Below, in pieces: positions 11,738 through 25,331 of a stretch of 64,000 bases of DNA. Origin of the DNA: Octopus bimaculoides (lineage: Eukaryota); NCBI RefSeq assembly GCF_001194135.2, contig NC_068990.1:15157209-15221208 (forward strand), in the 5' to 3' direction. How positions within the stretch are numbered: the first letter of the stretch is position 1; every line of letters starts with the position of its first letter. The translations under genes and the position numbers were made by a program. The notes beneath the pieces are model-generated. The model worked only from the letters and a program-made list of their open reading frames with translations. It made no database searches and had not been told where the DNA came from.

Positions 11738-13519
11738 CATAAAATGTGTATGTGTGTGTTGGGTGTCATGGAGGCAAAGTGGTTGAGTTCCTTTCGAGTG
11801 TTGGGCCTCACAGAAGCAATGACCAAGACTTTTGGCATTATGTTGTGCTTAAGAAGACCCATCAAGCCAAGCAAAATAGCAGTTGTGGCTGATACAGGTG
11901 TCACACAAATGGTACCCACGCTAGTGGCATGTAAAAGCACATATTACACTCAGTGTGGTTGGCATTAGGAAGATTATCCAGCCATAGAAAACCATGCCAA
12001 ATCAGACTGGAGTCTAGTGAAGCCTTCCAGGTTACCAGTCCTGGTCAAACCTTCCAACCCTTGCCAGCATAGACAATGGGTGTTAAATAATGATATATAT
12101 ATAACACATAAATATATAAAAGTGTTTATGCTACATGATATACATAAGTTATCCCTCCACCTTGCATGAGACAACCTTATCAATGCTGATGACATGATTA
12201 AAATCCACCTTGTACTCATTGTAAAGTTGTAGGTGATAGCAAGTGCATCAAGGCACATGTGCACTTTGCAAAGCCCTTTCAAGCATTGTCTAAGATAGCA
12301 AAAACTCTCTGTAAGAACTCATAAGAGTAGAGCAGTCTCCTTGGACTTCACCTGGGGCAATCTCTCTAGTGTCATTAACATGATGAAATGAAACCAAGTC
12401 GACTGGGTTTTCTTGTATGTGCACAAAATGACACCTTAAAAACCTGTGAAGCAGAAAATCAATGTAAATTGACACAGTAATGGATCATTTGGGGTTGGAG
12501 GAAGGGGTACAACGAAAGTTATGACAAAAGGTTAACATTTGAAATTATTTAAAGAAAAAAAACACAACAAACAAAATTGAATGTATAGACATCAATATAT
12601 AAGTTCCAATTTCAACAGGTTTTACGAATTGATCTGAAGCTGCTCTCCAACACAGAAACTAGGTTATTTGATAGGAAATGAGACAACACAATTAGATAGT
12701 CATGTGATATGTATATGTACACATGAGGCTTGTGTGCATGTATGTATATCTGTAAATGACTTATGCATGTTTGTACCAATGCATGTTTGTCTGCACGTGC
12801 ACACAAATTCTCCGATGGCATGTAAATGAAATACTTCAAACTGGATGAAGATGTATTTTGCATTATCTAATCCCTGGAATGTTTTACGTATATTCTTTTT
12901 ACAGAATCAGATGTGACTTGTAATTTCTTTACTAGCCATGCCTTTTCAGGTTTTGTGAAGCCCAGTTTCAAATTTTTTTTTTTTGCTGAAGCAGTTAAAT
13001 AACTTGGTAATGAACAAGTGTCCTAATAATCACAGATAAATGTAACCTCGTAATCTGAATATAGCATCTGCAATTTTCTCCTTAACAAAAGCAAGCATAG
13101 ATGCTTACTTCTATTAAGACAATGTTAATATTTGCTGTATAACAGATTTTAACACCAATGCACATTTTACTCTTATCTGCTGGAGATCATTATGTCGGTC
13201 TGCTGTACCTATATTTTTATAAAAGAGGTCATAGGAATATTCCACCCAGTAATCTTTCATAATGTCTATGAATATGCCCTCTAGATCTTTGTAACTTCTT
13301 ATATTGTGGTCTTCAGATCCATCAATCTTACAGGGTGCATTGTACATTTTGGTCACTACATAATCCCTGCTAAGTAGACAGTGTTGTGATGAGGTTTTTG
13401 GACAGCTGCTTGTGATATAGGTCACATCTTTGGTGCTAATTCCCACAGAATCTGCATCAATTCTTACATCTATGCATGCAAGATATACAGTGTGTATATG
13501 TATGTATAGAGTATGTATG

Positions 13520-15084
13520 TAAGCAAATTTTTTTGATTAAAATTTATTAGACAACAATCCTAATTTTAAATTAGGATAAAAATAATAAAAGCAGTGATTT
13601 TAATTTGTATATACAATGTTCTACTGAAACAGGAAACAAGACATTTGTGAAGCCTTATAATATACAAGTGTACAGTAATTCTCTACAAGTTATGTAGTAA
13701 TAAAAACAACCTCCCCGAAATGAAAAATGAAAAAAGAAAAGGTTTACAAAAGGGTAAAATCACCTGGATAAAATCCATTTGTATTGAACGACCAAAAGGA
13801 ACAGGAGAAAAAAAAAAAAAAAAAAAAAAAAAANNNNNNNNNNNNNNNNNNNNNNNNNNNNNNNNNNNNNNNNNNNNNNNNNNNNNNNNNNNNNNNNNNN
13901 NNNNNNNNNNNNNNNNNNNNNNNNNNNNNNNNNNNNNNNNNNNNNNNNNNNNNNNNNNNNNNNNNNNNNNNNNNNNNNNNNNNNNNNNNNNNNNNNNNNN
14001 NNNNNNNNNNNNNNNNNNNNNNNNNNNNNNNNNNNNNNNNNNNNNNNNNNNNNNNNNNNNNNNNNNNNNNNNNNNNNNNNNNNNNNNNNNNNNNNNATAA
14101 ATATGGAATGAACAGAATTAAACCTATGATGTAATCTGTTATAACTTTAAAGTATTTTCATGTGGATATATTGCAGTAAAATTAATCATGGATTTAATTT
14201 AAGTATAAACTGACAATAACTAAAAAATAAATTTATCTTTAACAAACTACTTCATTAGATTATCCACACGAAGAAAAAGTTAACATTCAAATAAAAATTA
14301 AAATCTGAGAGACAATTCTGACCCTAAACTTGCATCTTCAAAACAAAAGAAAAAAAAAAAAAACTACAAAACTAGAGAAGAAATGATTTATGGAAGAGCA
14401 ATGTTGTATTTGATGCCCCCCAAACTATTTTGAAGACCGATTTAATAGATTTCTAACTACCTTTCATCAATCATGTAAGCTCTGGAGGGTAGATACGTTT
14501 ATATACATTGTACATACAAAACGTCATGTTACATCAGATATTCACAACACCAAAGTTTGTTTTTCTCGAGTCATCAATAGAAAATGTCAAGTTTTATTTG
14601 AAGAGATGATTTTTGTCTCAAATCTTTCTCACACTGTAATAGTCTTTATTTTCTTTTATTTCTTCCCTTTCACCATCTAAACTGAAATAAAAAGTTTTCT
14701 TCCTTTTCACTCTTCTCAAATATTAATTACTTAATGAATGCGTCTTGAAATTACATTTATTTTCATGCTAATATATTAATTTTTTTTTTTTAACTATCAC
14801 ACACAAGTGCAAGGGTTGGCAATCTCTTATTTCCACATTCATTAAATGAACACGGAAATCCAATGGATTACAATTGACAAATTATACAGTATATTTTTTT
14901 TCTTGATAAGATATGAATGCTTGTGCATGTATAAAGAACTCATTATCTTTTTTTTGTAAACATACATTCATAATTAAATGCATGAATAGGTCCAGGATAC
15001 ATAAAAGAGGTTCCAAAAATAAAAGTATTGAAAACAAAATGTTGGAAGGGAAGAAAATCTGAAGTGTGAAATTTAGGGATTTTT
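13520..15084 (-). other. Probable AT-rich 3' UTR of the RNF126-like gene (end uncertain, contains a gap)
   Basis: Follows the stop codon; apparently free of repeats, U-rich on the minus strand; several AATAAA hexamers on minus (e.g. near 14650 and 13545). The cleavage site cannot be determined. Confidence 0.45.
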
Positions 15085-15177
15085 TCAGCTTAAGTCCATA
15101 GAGGTCGAAGATGAATAGTGTTTTGCAGTCGTATCTCTTCCATTTAAATCCTTTCGGCAAACTGGACAATTCCCATG
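15085..15177 (-). CDS. RNF126: RNF126-like exon 9, terminal coding exon (HGNCPVCRKDLNGRDTTAKHYSSSTSMDLS*)
   Basis: Acceptor TATTATTGTAG|CAT; supplies the last CPVC pair of the RING; TGA stop at 15085-15087. Confidence 0.95.
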   Translation of the reverse strand, partial: HGNCPVCRKDLNGRDTTAKHYSSSTSMDLS

Positions 15178-15480
15178 CTACAATAATAGAGAGCACCATT
15201 ACAAAAGAAAAATATGAATACAAATATCGGTAAATATTCTCCAATAGAAAACGTAAAATAAATCCCGATCCAGTTTGAAGTATTTCATTTATAGGCCATC
15301 GAAGAATTTCACATACACACGTGCATATATAAATATATATGCAAATACACACATATACATGAACATGTATAAAAACATGCATATATACGCATACATACAC
15401 ACATCTACATTTATGCACACACTATTACATAAATATACAAACACAAACATACATTTATGAACATATCTATATATACACAA

Positions 15481-15528
<48 letters not shown>

Positions 15529-17777
15529 CTATGCACACACAGTCATGTATATATATATGCTGATGTACTTCGTAGGGTTTTCGAGCGAGATCATTGCCAG
15601 TGACCCTGGACTGGCTTTTGTGCGGGTGGCACATAAAAGACACCATTTCGAGCGTGGCCGTTGCCAGTACCGCCTGACTGGCCTTCGTGCGGGTGACACA
15701 TAAAAGCACCCACTACACTCTCTGAGTGGTTGGCGTTAGGAAGGGCATCCAGCTGTAGAAACTCTGCCAAATCAGATTGGAGGCTGGTGTTGCCATCCGG
15801 TTTCACCAGTCCTCAGTCAAATCGTCCAACCCATGCTAGCATGGAAAACAGACGTTAAACGATGATGATGATGATGATGATGATATACATACATAAATAT
15901 TCACAAATATATGCACACACTGGATGTTGTTTACCTTGACATGCCACACAAAAGACTTAAGGCAAAACTCTCTGCAATGGGTGTGAAAGATGATCTTTTT
16001 AAGTGGTTGGAATACTTCATTCTCACCTGAAAAGAGGTAGTCACGGTTCTAGGATAGAATTCTTCACTCTAGGAGATGTTATCTGGTGTACCGCAGTGAT
16101 CTTGGCCCCCTTTTGTTTGTTGCATACATTAATGACATAGATGCCAACTTAAAAAATGCCACAGTGCTGAAATATGCAAATGAGATCAGGCTGTACCTTC
16201 TTGAGATAAAAAGGAAAGATCCTGAACATTATAGATCTTTCCTGCAATCGGACCTGGACACAATGCAACAATGGATCATGGCCTGGCAACTCAAGCTGGC
16301 TGTGGACAAGTGTATCACCATGTATTTTGGGAGAAAAAGCCCAGATTCCACATGCTCTCTCCACAACACTAATATCAAGAAGTCTTCTTGTGAATGTAAC
16401 CTGCGCATTACTGTCAGCAGAGTTTAGCACTGGACAAAGCACATCTCTAAAATTGACTTTCGGAAACATTTTTTCCCCACTCAGAGTTGCTGAAGCATGG
16501 AACAAGCTACCTGCATCAGTTGTTAGCTGCCAAGACATTGCATCCTTTAAAACCTCCATGCTTCCTGAAATTCTCCAATACTACACCTGATATCCCCGCT
16601 CCATATGCATGCAAACATATATCATGATTCATACACTGTTCACTTTGCTGACATTTGTACATAATTCTATGTACTATGCATGCACCTTTGATGAGTTGTA
16701 GTGCACCCGAGCACTATACACAATTTCATTATTATATGCTTGTATGTACACATACACATTCTTTTTAATGCCCTCTACCATGTTTCCATAGACCATACAA
16801 AATTCACAGACTTTTTCTGATGGCTGGATGCTCTTCCTCTCATCAACATTCACCTGATTTCAAGAAAGGCAATACTTCCTCGGGTGCTTCTAATGCGACC
16901 AGCACAGCACGACAGACAGACAGGTTTCCACATAAGATTGCAAACAAATAACACTGCTTGTATGACTACATTTGTTCCCAATTACAATTAACATATAATG
17001 TCAAGACACAGACACACAAACAATGGGCGTCTCTCAGATTTTAAGTAACAAATCCACTCATGCGGTTTTGGCAGGCTCAAGGTTAAAAAGGGAGAGACAC
17101 TTGCCAAGGGTGGCAGAGAGTGGGACTGAACCCGAAACCATGCGGTTGTGAAGTAAACTTAATCACATAGTTGTGTGTGTGTGTCATGATGATCGTGTAT
17201 ATATATACATACACGCACTCACAAGGTGCGCGTACACATGCACATACACAGTACAAGTACACACGCACACAAAGTGCGAGTACATACGCACACAGAGTGC
17301 GAGTACACACGCACACAAAAGTGCAAGTACACATGCACACACTGAGTATACATGCGCACACACTGAGTATACACACGCACACACACACACAAAGTGTGAG
17401 TATATACACACACATATCCACATGAGTACAGATATACACACACAAACATCTATAAATATATACCTTCATACAAATACACATATCCACGCCATTCTCAATG
17501 TCTTGAAAAATTAAGCCAAAACGATAGTCAAGAGTGAATGCTCAACAGCTCAAATAGTCAACTTGGTGCCATAAATGCTCATGGCTAATTTGGATTGTCC
17601 AATGCATTTTTTTCGTATTATCCATTATCCATTTCAAATGCATCCAAATATTCAATTAAAATGCAACAAACTCTGGGTATTAGTGAAAATTTCATCACCC
17701 TACAACACTTTTGCTTTATAATTTGTGACGCTTTGTCAAGTAGATAAGCATTTTTGAATAAAAGGTGGAAAAAAAAG

Positions 17778-17815
<38 letters not shown>

Positions 17816-20800
17816 TTGGGTGGGCAAAAGTAGGTATACAGTTACTTAGCCTGAGTGGAATTTTCTTTTTCATCTAAGCAATTCATAAGTTGACTAAGGG
17901 TCATCCTCATTGCTGTTTAACATCCATTTTCCCATGCTGGCATGTGTTGGACGGCTCGACACGGAGCTGGCCAACAGTCCACACTCCAAATGTTTGTTGT
18001 GACACGTTTTCTATGGCTGGAGTTCTTAACCCCAACAGAGGGTGCTTTTTAGATGCCAGCAGCACGGGTGTGTTTATGCAAAACAAGTGTGGGTGCATTG
18101 TATGTGGCACTGGCTCCTGAAAGGACAAACCTGTATGTATGGAAAGGGAGCAATTTTACTTAGCTCGATGCCCAGTGTTCGAAGATCTTTCCTCACCACT
18201 TTGTCTTACATCTTCCTGGGTCTACCCCTTCCACAGGGTCCTTCCACAAGGTCCTTCCACAATTAGAGCTCAGCACTTCTTTATGCAGCTAGGATAGCTG
18301 CAGGAAATGCCTAGTTCATTTGAAGGCCTCATTTTTTATTTCTGAGGCCTTCCAATGCTTGAGTCAGAAGCAACTGTATACCTACTTTTGTTCACCCTGG
18401 TATATACATTTATAGATGGTAAAGAACAATTCTAAATATACTTACCCTTGATAACCACTGATCTATACAATTTATGTGGTATTGATGATTGCAACCCAAT
18501 TCTTTCACTTGTTCACTTAACTCAAATTCATTTAGACATATTGGGCATTGGAGGTTTTTGTCTAAAAGAGATAAAAAGTAAAACGACATTTGAAAACAGA
18601 TATAAATAGTTATAAATTTTGAAGCAGGAAATTACATGATTAATAAGCACAAAAAAAAAAAAAAGATCCTATACACCAACAAATAGTTTTTTTTATTGCA
18701 TTTACATTTTAATAAGAGACAGAGAGAGAATTAAAATTGGTTTAAAGAAAAAACTGGTTGTCGAGAAAGAAATACAGTGTATGTGTGTGAAAGATAGATA
18801 GATGGGTAGTCTTGCCACCAAAGTAACCAACAAGACTTTCACTAACTGTTTACTATGAAAGAAAAGGTACGTGCATGATAAACAGATATTTTTACTGGCT
18901 GCATAGCAACAAGGTAAAGACCAAGTTTTAATAACATTGTGGGAAGATACATTTTATTCGCAATTTACACATTAAAAAGGGTACTGTTAATTGTTCATTT
19001 CTGATACTGCAAATAATGATATACATACATACACAAAAAGAAAAAGTGCTGTGTGTGGCATACAAGAGGAAGGAATGCGAGATGGTTTGGACGTGATGTG
19101 TAAGAGTGAGGATGGCATTCAGATTACTGTTAAATGTAATGCTTATCTATTCACATCGTTTGGAAATAATCATGCTTTATTTCATAGTTTCAAGATTTTA
19201 ATGATGGGATTCTTTATTTTTAGAAAGACATTGTAGGAAGGTATGAAAGGCAGGATCTGGCCAGTCTGAACATAAACCAAGTAGAATATTCGGGCCAGAT
19301 ATGGCTGGTTTAACTGCTGAAGGATTGAAGTGGATGGTACCAGTGGAGGAGGATGACCTAGGGGTGAGTGGGTGTGGGATGAAGGGATGAGTGGGCGTGG
19401 GAGGAAGTGGTGAGAACTGATCTCAAGATGTTAAGCCTCACAGCAGAGATGATGATGGAAGATGTCTGGCAATATGATGTTCTAGAGAAGACCCACCCAC
19501 CTCGGTGAAACTGAGTTCTGGAAGCACTATATACCCACCCTATTGAGCCAAACCCCACCTTGTCTTTGTGCATTATGCTTGTCTCCCCACACCCACTCCT
19601 GCAGCCCGTCATCTCACTCTCCTCCCACTGTCAACAGCATCATTATCTCGTCATACCCCTACATACTCATTTCACCACTCGCTCCATTCCTCTTGGCACT
19701 CATGAACTCCCTGCTCACTCACCCACACCACCACTTCATTTACATTCACCTCCTTGAGGATGAGGGATTTTGTGACTTCTGTTTTTTAAACACTTAAACT
19801 GATGTCAAAACTGAATTGTGTTTTACAATCCTATCTTCCATTTAAATCTTTCCAGTAAACTAGGTTAACCTAAACACAAAATATATATATATACATTGGG
19901 GAATAAAGGAAAATAAATTACTTTTTGAGGTATTAAAAAAACAAAAAAAAAACACTGAAATTTCTTGCTCATTTTTGTATATAGTTTACAAGATTCTTGA
20001 TATGAACTTGTTGAAACAATTCACTGTATGTCACAAGGGTCATTGTGCCAATAACACACACTGGTTCTATTTTACTTCTTTATTATTTGTCAACTGCTTA
20101 ACTATTTAATCAGTTGCTTAATTGTTTGATTAACCATTCAGTTATATTTGTCAAAGCATTTTTGTCACCATTCATAATCTCATCAAATACATGCCCTCTG
20201 AATGAAGTTGACCTGGAATGGAGGGGGGACATGTTATTGATGAAGTCACAGATACTGACTGATCAACCAGTTAACCTAACAATCAAATAATTGGTTAAAT
20301 AGTTAACCAATTGATCTTGCCAAGATCAATTTTGCCTTTCATCCTTTCACGGTAGATAAATTAAGTACCACTCAAATACTGGGTTTAATGTAATAGGCTT
20401 ATCTTTCCTGCCAAAACCTGCTGGCTCAGTGTCACAATTTGTAACTATTATTGGCATAACAATATTCCCGATACAAAACTAACAATATACTTATCACTGA
20501 AAAAAAAAAAAGGTCATATTTAAAATTTTTAAATCTAATAGAAATAGAATCAAAATGAAGTTATAATCATTGCATATAATAGAAAACAGAACCAAATAAA
20601 ATATGCAGTGTGTGTGTGTATGTGTGTGCACTTGTGCATGCCCAGACCTGTGTATTCTTTTTTCTTTATTAGTAAATACACCACCTAGTGTTGATAATTT
20701 AATACATGGTACGAAATACTGTTCAAATGCCAAACATTGGTTCTGTAGGTTAAAAAGTTGTTACAATCAATCCCAACGTAATATAATTAACAAATTTCAT

Positions 20801-23800
20801 TATATCAAGAATATTGTAGTTACTTTTATAAATATTTTAAAAACGATTCAATTTAGTGGCTACTTAAGTTTTACTCACTCTGCCAATATACACGAAGATA
20901 GTTTTTCATATATACCACCTCACATATCACCCAAATTGTAACATTCTATTTTTATAATTTCGTTTTCCATGTGCCACTTTAAACGCATTCAAAATGTAAA
21001 CATTTTAATTAACTTTTTTGTTTCTTTTACTGTGAAAGACTATTTTAATTTTCAACTATGGATACAACAGTAAATTAAACTATATTTTAATTTAAGATAT
21101 CAATCCACTTCAAACTTTTGAAAAAGTGTTGTATTTCTGAGAAACTGGATTTTCTTTCTCTGCACAACATTATTCTGCATCCACATTTAAAACACACACA
21201 CACACACACACACACCCAGAGTACCAGACCAATTATCTGGCAAGCTTGGGAGTAAAAGTGTCCCAGATTTCCAGAGAATCTAAATATATACTTAAAATAT
21301 AAAATAAACCATGAAAAGTAAACAAGTCCTATTTAACAGATTCAAATTAATACACTTCTAAAGCAGGATCTGTTTAGTAGCCATATCATACCTCACCATG
21401 TATAGAGTATAATGTTTAAAGGATGAAAATTAAGTGAAGAAAAATAAAGGACATGATTTTATTTAACAAATACAACTACAAATTAATACAATTCTACAGC
21501 AGAGTATCTTCAATCTTTATCAATCCACTTTGGAAAGAAAAGAAAAAGACTTAAACTATATGCAAATTAACCAAATTCAAAAACACTGTCTATATACTCA
21601 ATACAGGATAATATATTGCATGATGTTGCACAATATTCCCGGCAGCCAGATAAGAGGTATGGTACTGTATTTAGTTTGACCCAGTAAAGTGTTATTCTTT
21701 CTACTCAACCACACAATGCCAAAACTGAAGAGAAATATAATTTCCTGCAATTATTTCTAGCTAGCTGCACTATTAAGTATCTAAAGGAGGCATGGATTAC
21801 TCACTACAATTGTTAAAACTATGTGAGAACAGCAACAACAAAAGCTCTGGAAAATAAAAATGTGAAGCAGGCATCCAACAGAGGAACTTTCAATTCAAGA
21901 CTCGGTCAGTTTCATATCAGATTTTGCTGTCTCACTTAACAAAATACTAAAGCCAGTCTCTTCAATTTATCTGTTTGAATATTGAAATGCAGCGTTTCTC
22001 TCAGTATTATTTGCATATAATAATATTCAAGTGTATGCAATGGAAATAACTTATATTAGTTTACTTGTGCAGGTTAAGAAAAAGTGATTTTTGTAGAAAA
22101 GTCAAAGAACCAATTTTGTTTTTTCTTAAAAAAAATTTCATCTGGAATATATCGTTACACAGTTCTTTCTGCAATCAAAGTTGAATTTCAAAGAGGTGTC
22201 AATTTATAAGAAAAAGGAAGACTAAAATAGTTCTTTTTAATTACTGGTTAATTCTCTTTTCAGGTGGACCCAGACAATGACTGGAACTTACTCATTCCCT
22301 TTAATAAATTTTAATTAACTGTTGCACACAAACACACAACAAAGTATTTTATCATTAAAGTTATTACTATTGGAAGCAAGCATGGTCAAGGCCACGTAGC
22401 TAAGAAGTGTATTTTCCGAGTATGAGGCCAAGTTCAATAAACAGCACTGCACGTTATTCTGGGCAGGTGTCTCCTAAAGCCATACGATGCAGAAACTATA
22501 CAGAAGCTCATCATGGAACACAAGTGTAGGCGCAGGAGTGGCTGTGTGGTAAGTAGCTTGCTTACCAACCACATGGTGCAGGGTTCATTCCCACTGCGTG
22601 GCACCTTGGGCAAGTGTCTACTATAGCCTCGGGCCGACCAAAGCCTTGTGAGTGGATTTGGTAGACAGAAACTGAAAGAAGCCCATCGTATTTATGTCTG
22701 TGTGTGTATATGTTTGTCCCCCCAACGTCACTTGACAACCGATGGTGGTGTGTTTATGTCCCCGTAACTTAGCAGTTCAGCAAACGAGACCGATAGAATA
22801 AGTACTAGGCTTACAAAGAATAAGTTCTGAGGTCGATTTGCTCGACTAAAGGCGGTGCTCCAGCATGGCCACAGTCAAATGACTGAAACAAGTAAAAGAG
22901 TAAATAGAGTAAGAGACAACAGGACAAAATGATAAGTTCCATCTAATGTTGCTTTTGTCCCTTATGGGATTGATAAACTAAACGCAAGACAAAGTAGTGA
23001 GGTTGGTACAACTGACTAAAACCATTGAAGGTTTCAACTAAGCATGGTCATAGTTCAAAGACTACATTACAGTGGTCAAACACATCCAGTGTATCTCTTC
23101 CAAATTTATAGCATTGTATAAAAATCAGAAGTTATGAATATACAGGTGGAGTGACAAATATTTACACAGAAATGCCTCAATGTATTTAGCTTCATCCATC
23201 AATAAAATCAAATACAGTGGAGGGTTCACCAAATCATTGACCTAATACCTATTTCCTTATATTGAAAGTTGTGGAGAGTGGTGGAATAAAAATGTTGAAT
23301 TCTGAAGAAAATTTTTTTGTAATGTTTTGTATTAACATTTGTTACTAACATACCCAACACTTTAACCATAATTTCCACCTCATACTTGAAATGAGTAGCA
23401 ACATAAATCTTCCTTACTATGTTAAGAGATTATGTATGGTTTCATTATACTGTTATATGGTGACATGAAATGTGTGTTCTTCAAATTTTTTTCTATAGTA
23501 TTACACATTTGGAACAAAGGGATACCAGCTTCACATTTAGCAGTAGCCATTTTAAATTTGATGGTTTTTTGAAAGTAGCAGCAGCAAAAGAAAAATGTAG
23601 CAAGCATAACCATGTTTTGAAAGTAAAGTCAAATATTCCAATTTCTGATTGTGATAGCAACTCTGACAGCAATATTGAAAGCAAGAACGAATTTATTCCA
23701 GAAAGACAATGCAGTGAAAAGTTGAAAATATTTCTCTTCAAAATTTTTCAAAAGAAACCATACCCAATCACAGTCTTCCTGAGGACTTGAAACCAATCGA

Positions 23801-25270
23801 TTATTCCCTTTATTTTTTCCTATTGAAATGTTCCAGACAATAACTGCAGAAACAAATTGTTACGCAGAACATAAACAAAGGAAAAAAAACAGTCTATGGT
23901 CTTATACATGCCTGAACAAAATCTGGGTATCTTTTGCAACAAACATTAAAGGCATTAGGAAGGTGGATAACCAACTACTGAAACACATGTGAACCTTTCA
24001 GCGACCCCTGAATTTCTAGTATCATGACTAGTATATGGCTCTCAGTTTTTGAATATACAAGACACCAGCAGTACCCCAATATATGAGGAAAGGACAATAT
24101 GATCCATTATACAAAATAAAACACTCCTGGACACTGTACAAGTTATTTAAAATCATGTTACTAACCTGGAAAAAAGGATGTCTGGTAGATTATGAATGCT
24201 GGATACAAATCTAGAATTATATTCCAGGCAAGCCCACAAAACTGGGTAAATCTTTTGAAGTTTTAAATGGGCAATAACTACAGTAGTTGAAATCAGCATG
24301 GATAAGGTTACAATGTAGTTGAGAAATTAACACTTCCATATTATACCCAAGGTCATATATATATAAATATATAAACTGGTATTTCAGTTTGGTCAGATCT
24401 GTAGTGAACTTAGAAGCTATGGCAACATATGTGTGTCACAGTAATTGCAAATAGAATAGGACTGCTGTTGGATATAAAAAGAAGCAAAATTAAAAATAGG
24501 TAAAATAAACCATTGGCAGGAAGGAAATTTGCCAACAACTGTATACAGAGATAGGAAATTAATTTACCTATCAACTTATGCTCAACTTCATGTTGTGGAG
24601 GAAAATGGCACACTATTTGTAAATCTCAAATACAATTACATAGACAATGTCGAACAGATGAATCAGATGTTGGGTGATTACATACTTGATAGGAGTACTG
24701 TGAATACTGATTTTATGATACTATATACTTAACCACAAGGGAAGCAGAACTGAGGCAATGATCTGCAGATCTGAGCATACGTTGCAATGCAATTGAGAGC
24801 AGGAAAATCATTCTAAATAAAAAGTTTGATTTAGGCACAAGGCCAACAGTTTTTCAAATGTGGGAGTTAGTCACTACCAAACAACCTCGGTAGTTGATTG
24901 GTATTTCTTTTTAGCAACCCTAGAGAGATGAAAAGTTGATATCAAAAGGATTTGGACTCTGGACACAAGTGTTGAACAAAGAATTTTTTCCAAAACTCTA
25001 AAGATTCAACCAATAATTAAATAGCTATTGGTGGTTAAGTCAAAAGATTGCCAGAGAGACATCTCTAAATTCAGCCAATCTCAATAAAACAGAAAAAGAA
25101 GAAAAAAGGAAAAGAAAGAAAATTCAATTGCCATAAGAGGTTGTGTTGAGAATGCCAACATCAGAAAAGGAAAGCTCCTAGCAGATGGCTAATTGAAACA
25201 ACTTTCCAATGGGCATTCTGCCAGACTGTATAATGCAATGTAGGAAGCTTTACAACCTTTCACAAAAGAA

Positions 25271-25331
<61 letters not shown>

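Noticed and set aside
15275-15709. ORFs rich in Y/I/C/V/H/T (also near 3408-3712, 17083-17514, 61425-61748)
   Set aside because: Translations of (TA)n, (CA)n and (TG)n microsatellites
21300-22320. Repeat-poor stretch with acceptor-like tracts on both strands (~21535 minus, ~22263 plus) and octamer-like ATTTGCAT
   Set aside because: Frames close within a few codons, and such motifs are expected by chance in very AT-rich DNA
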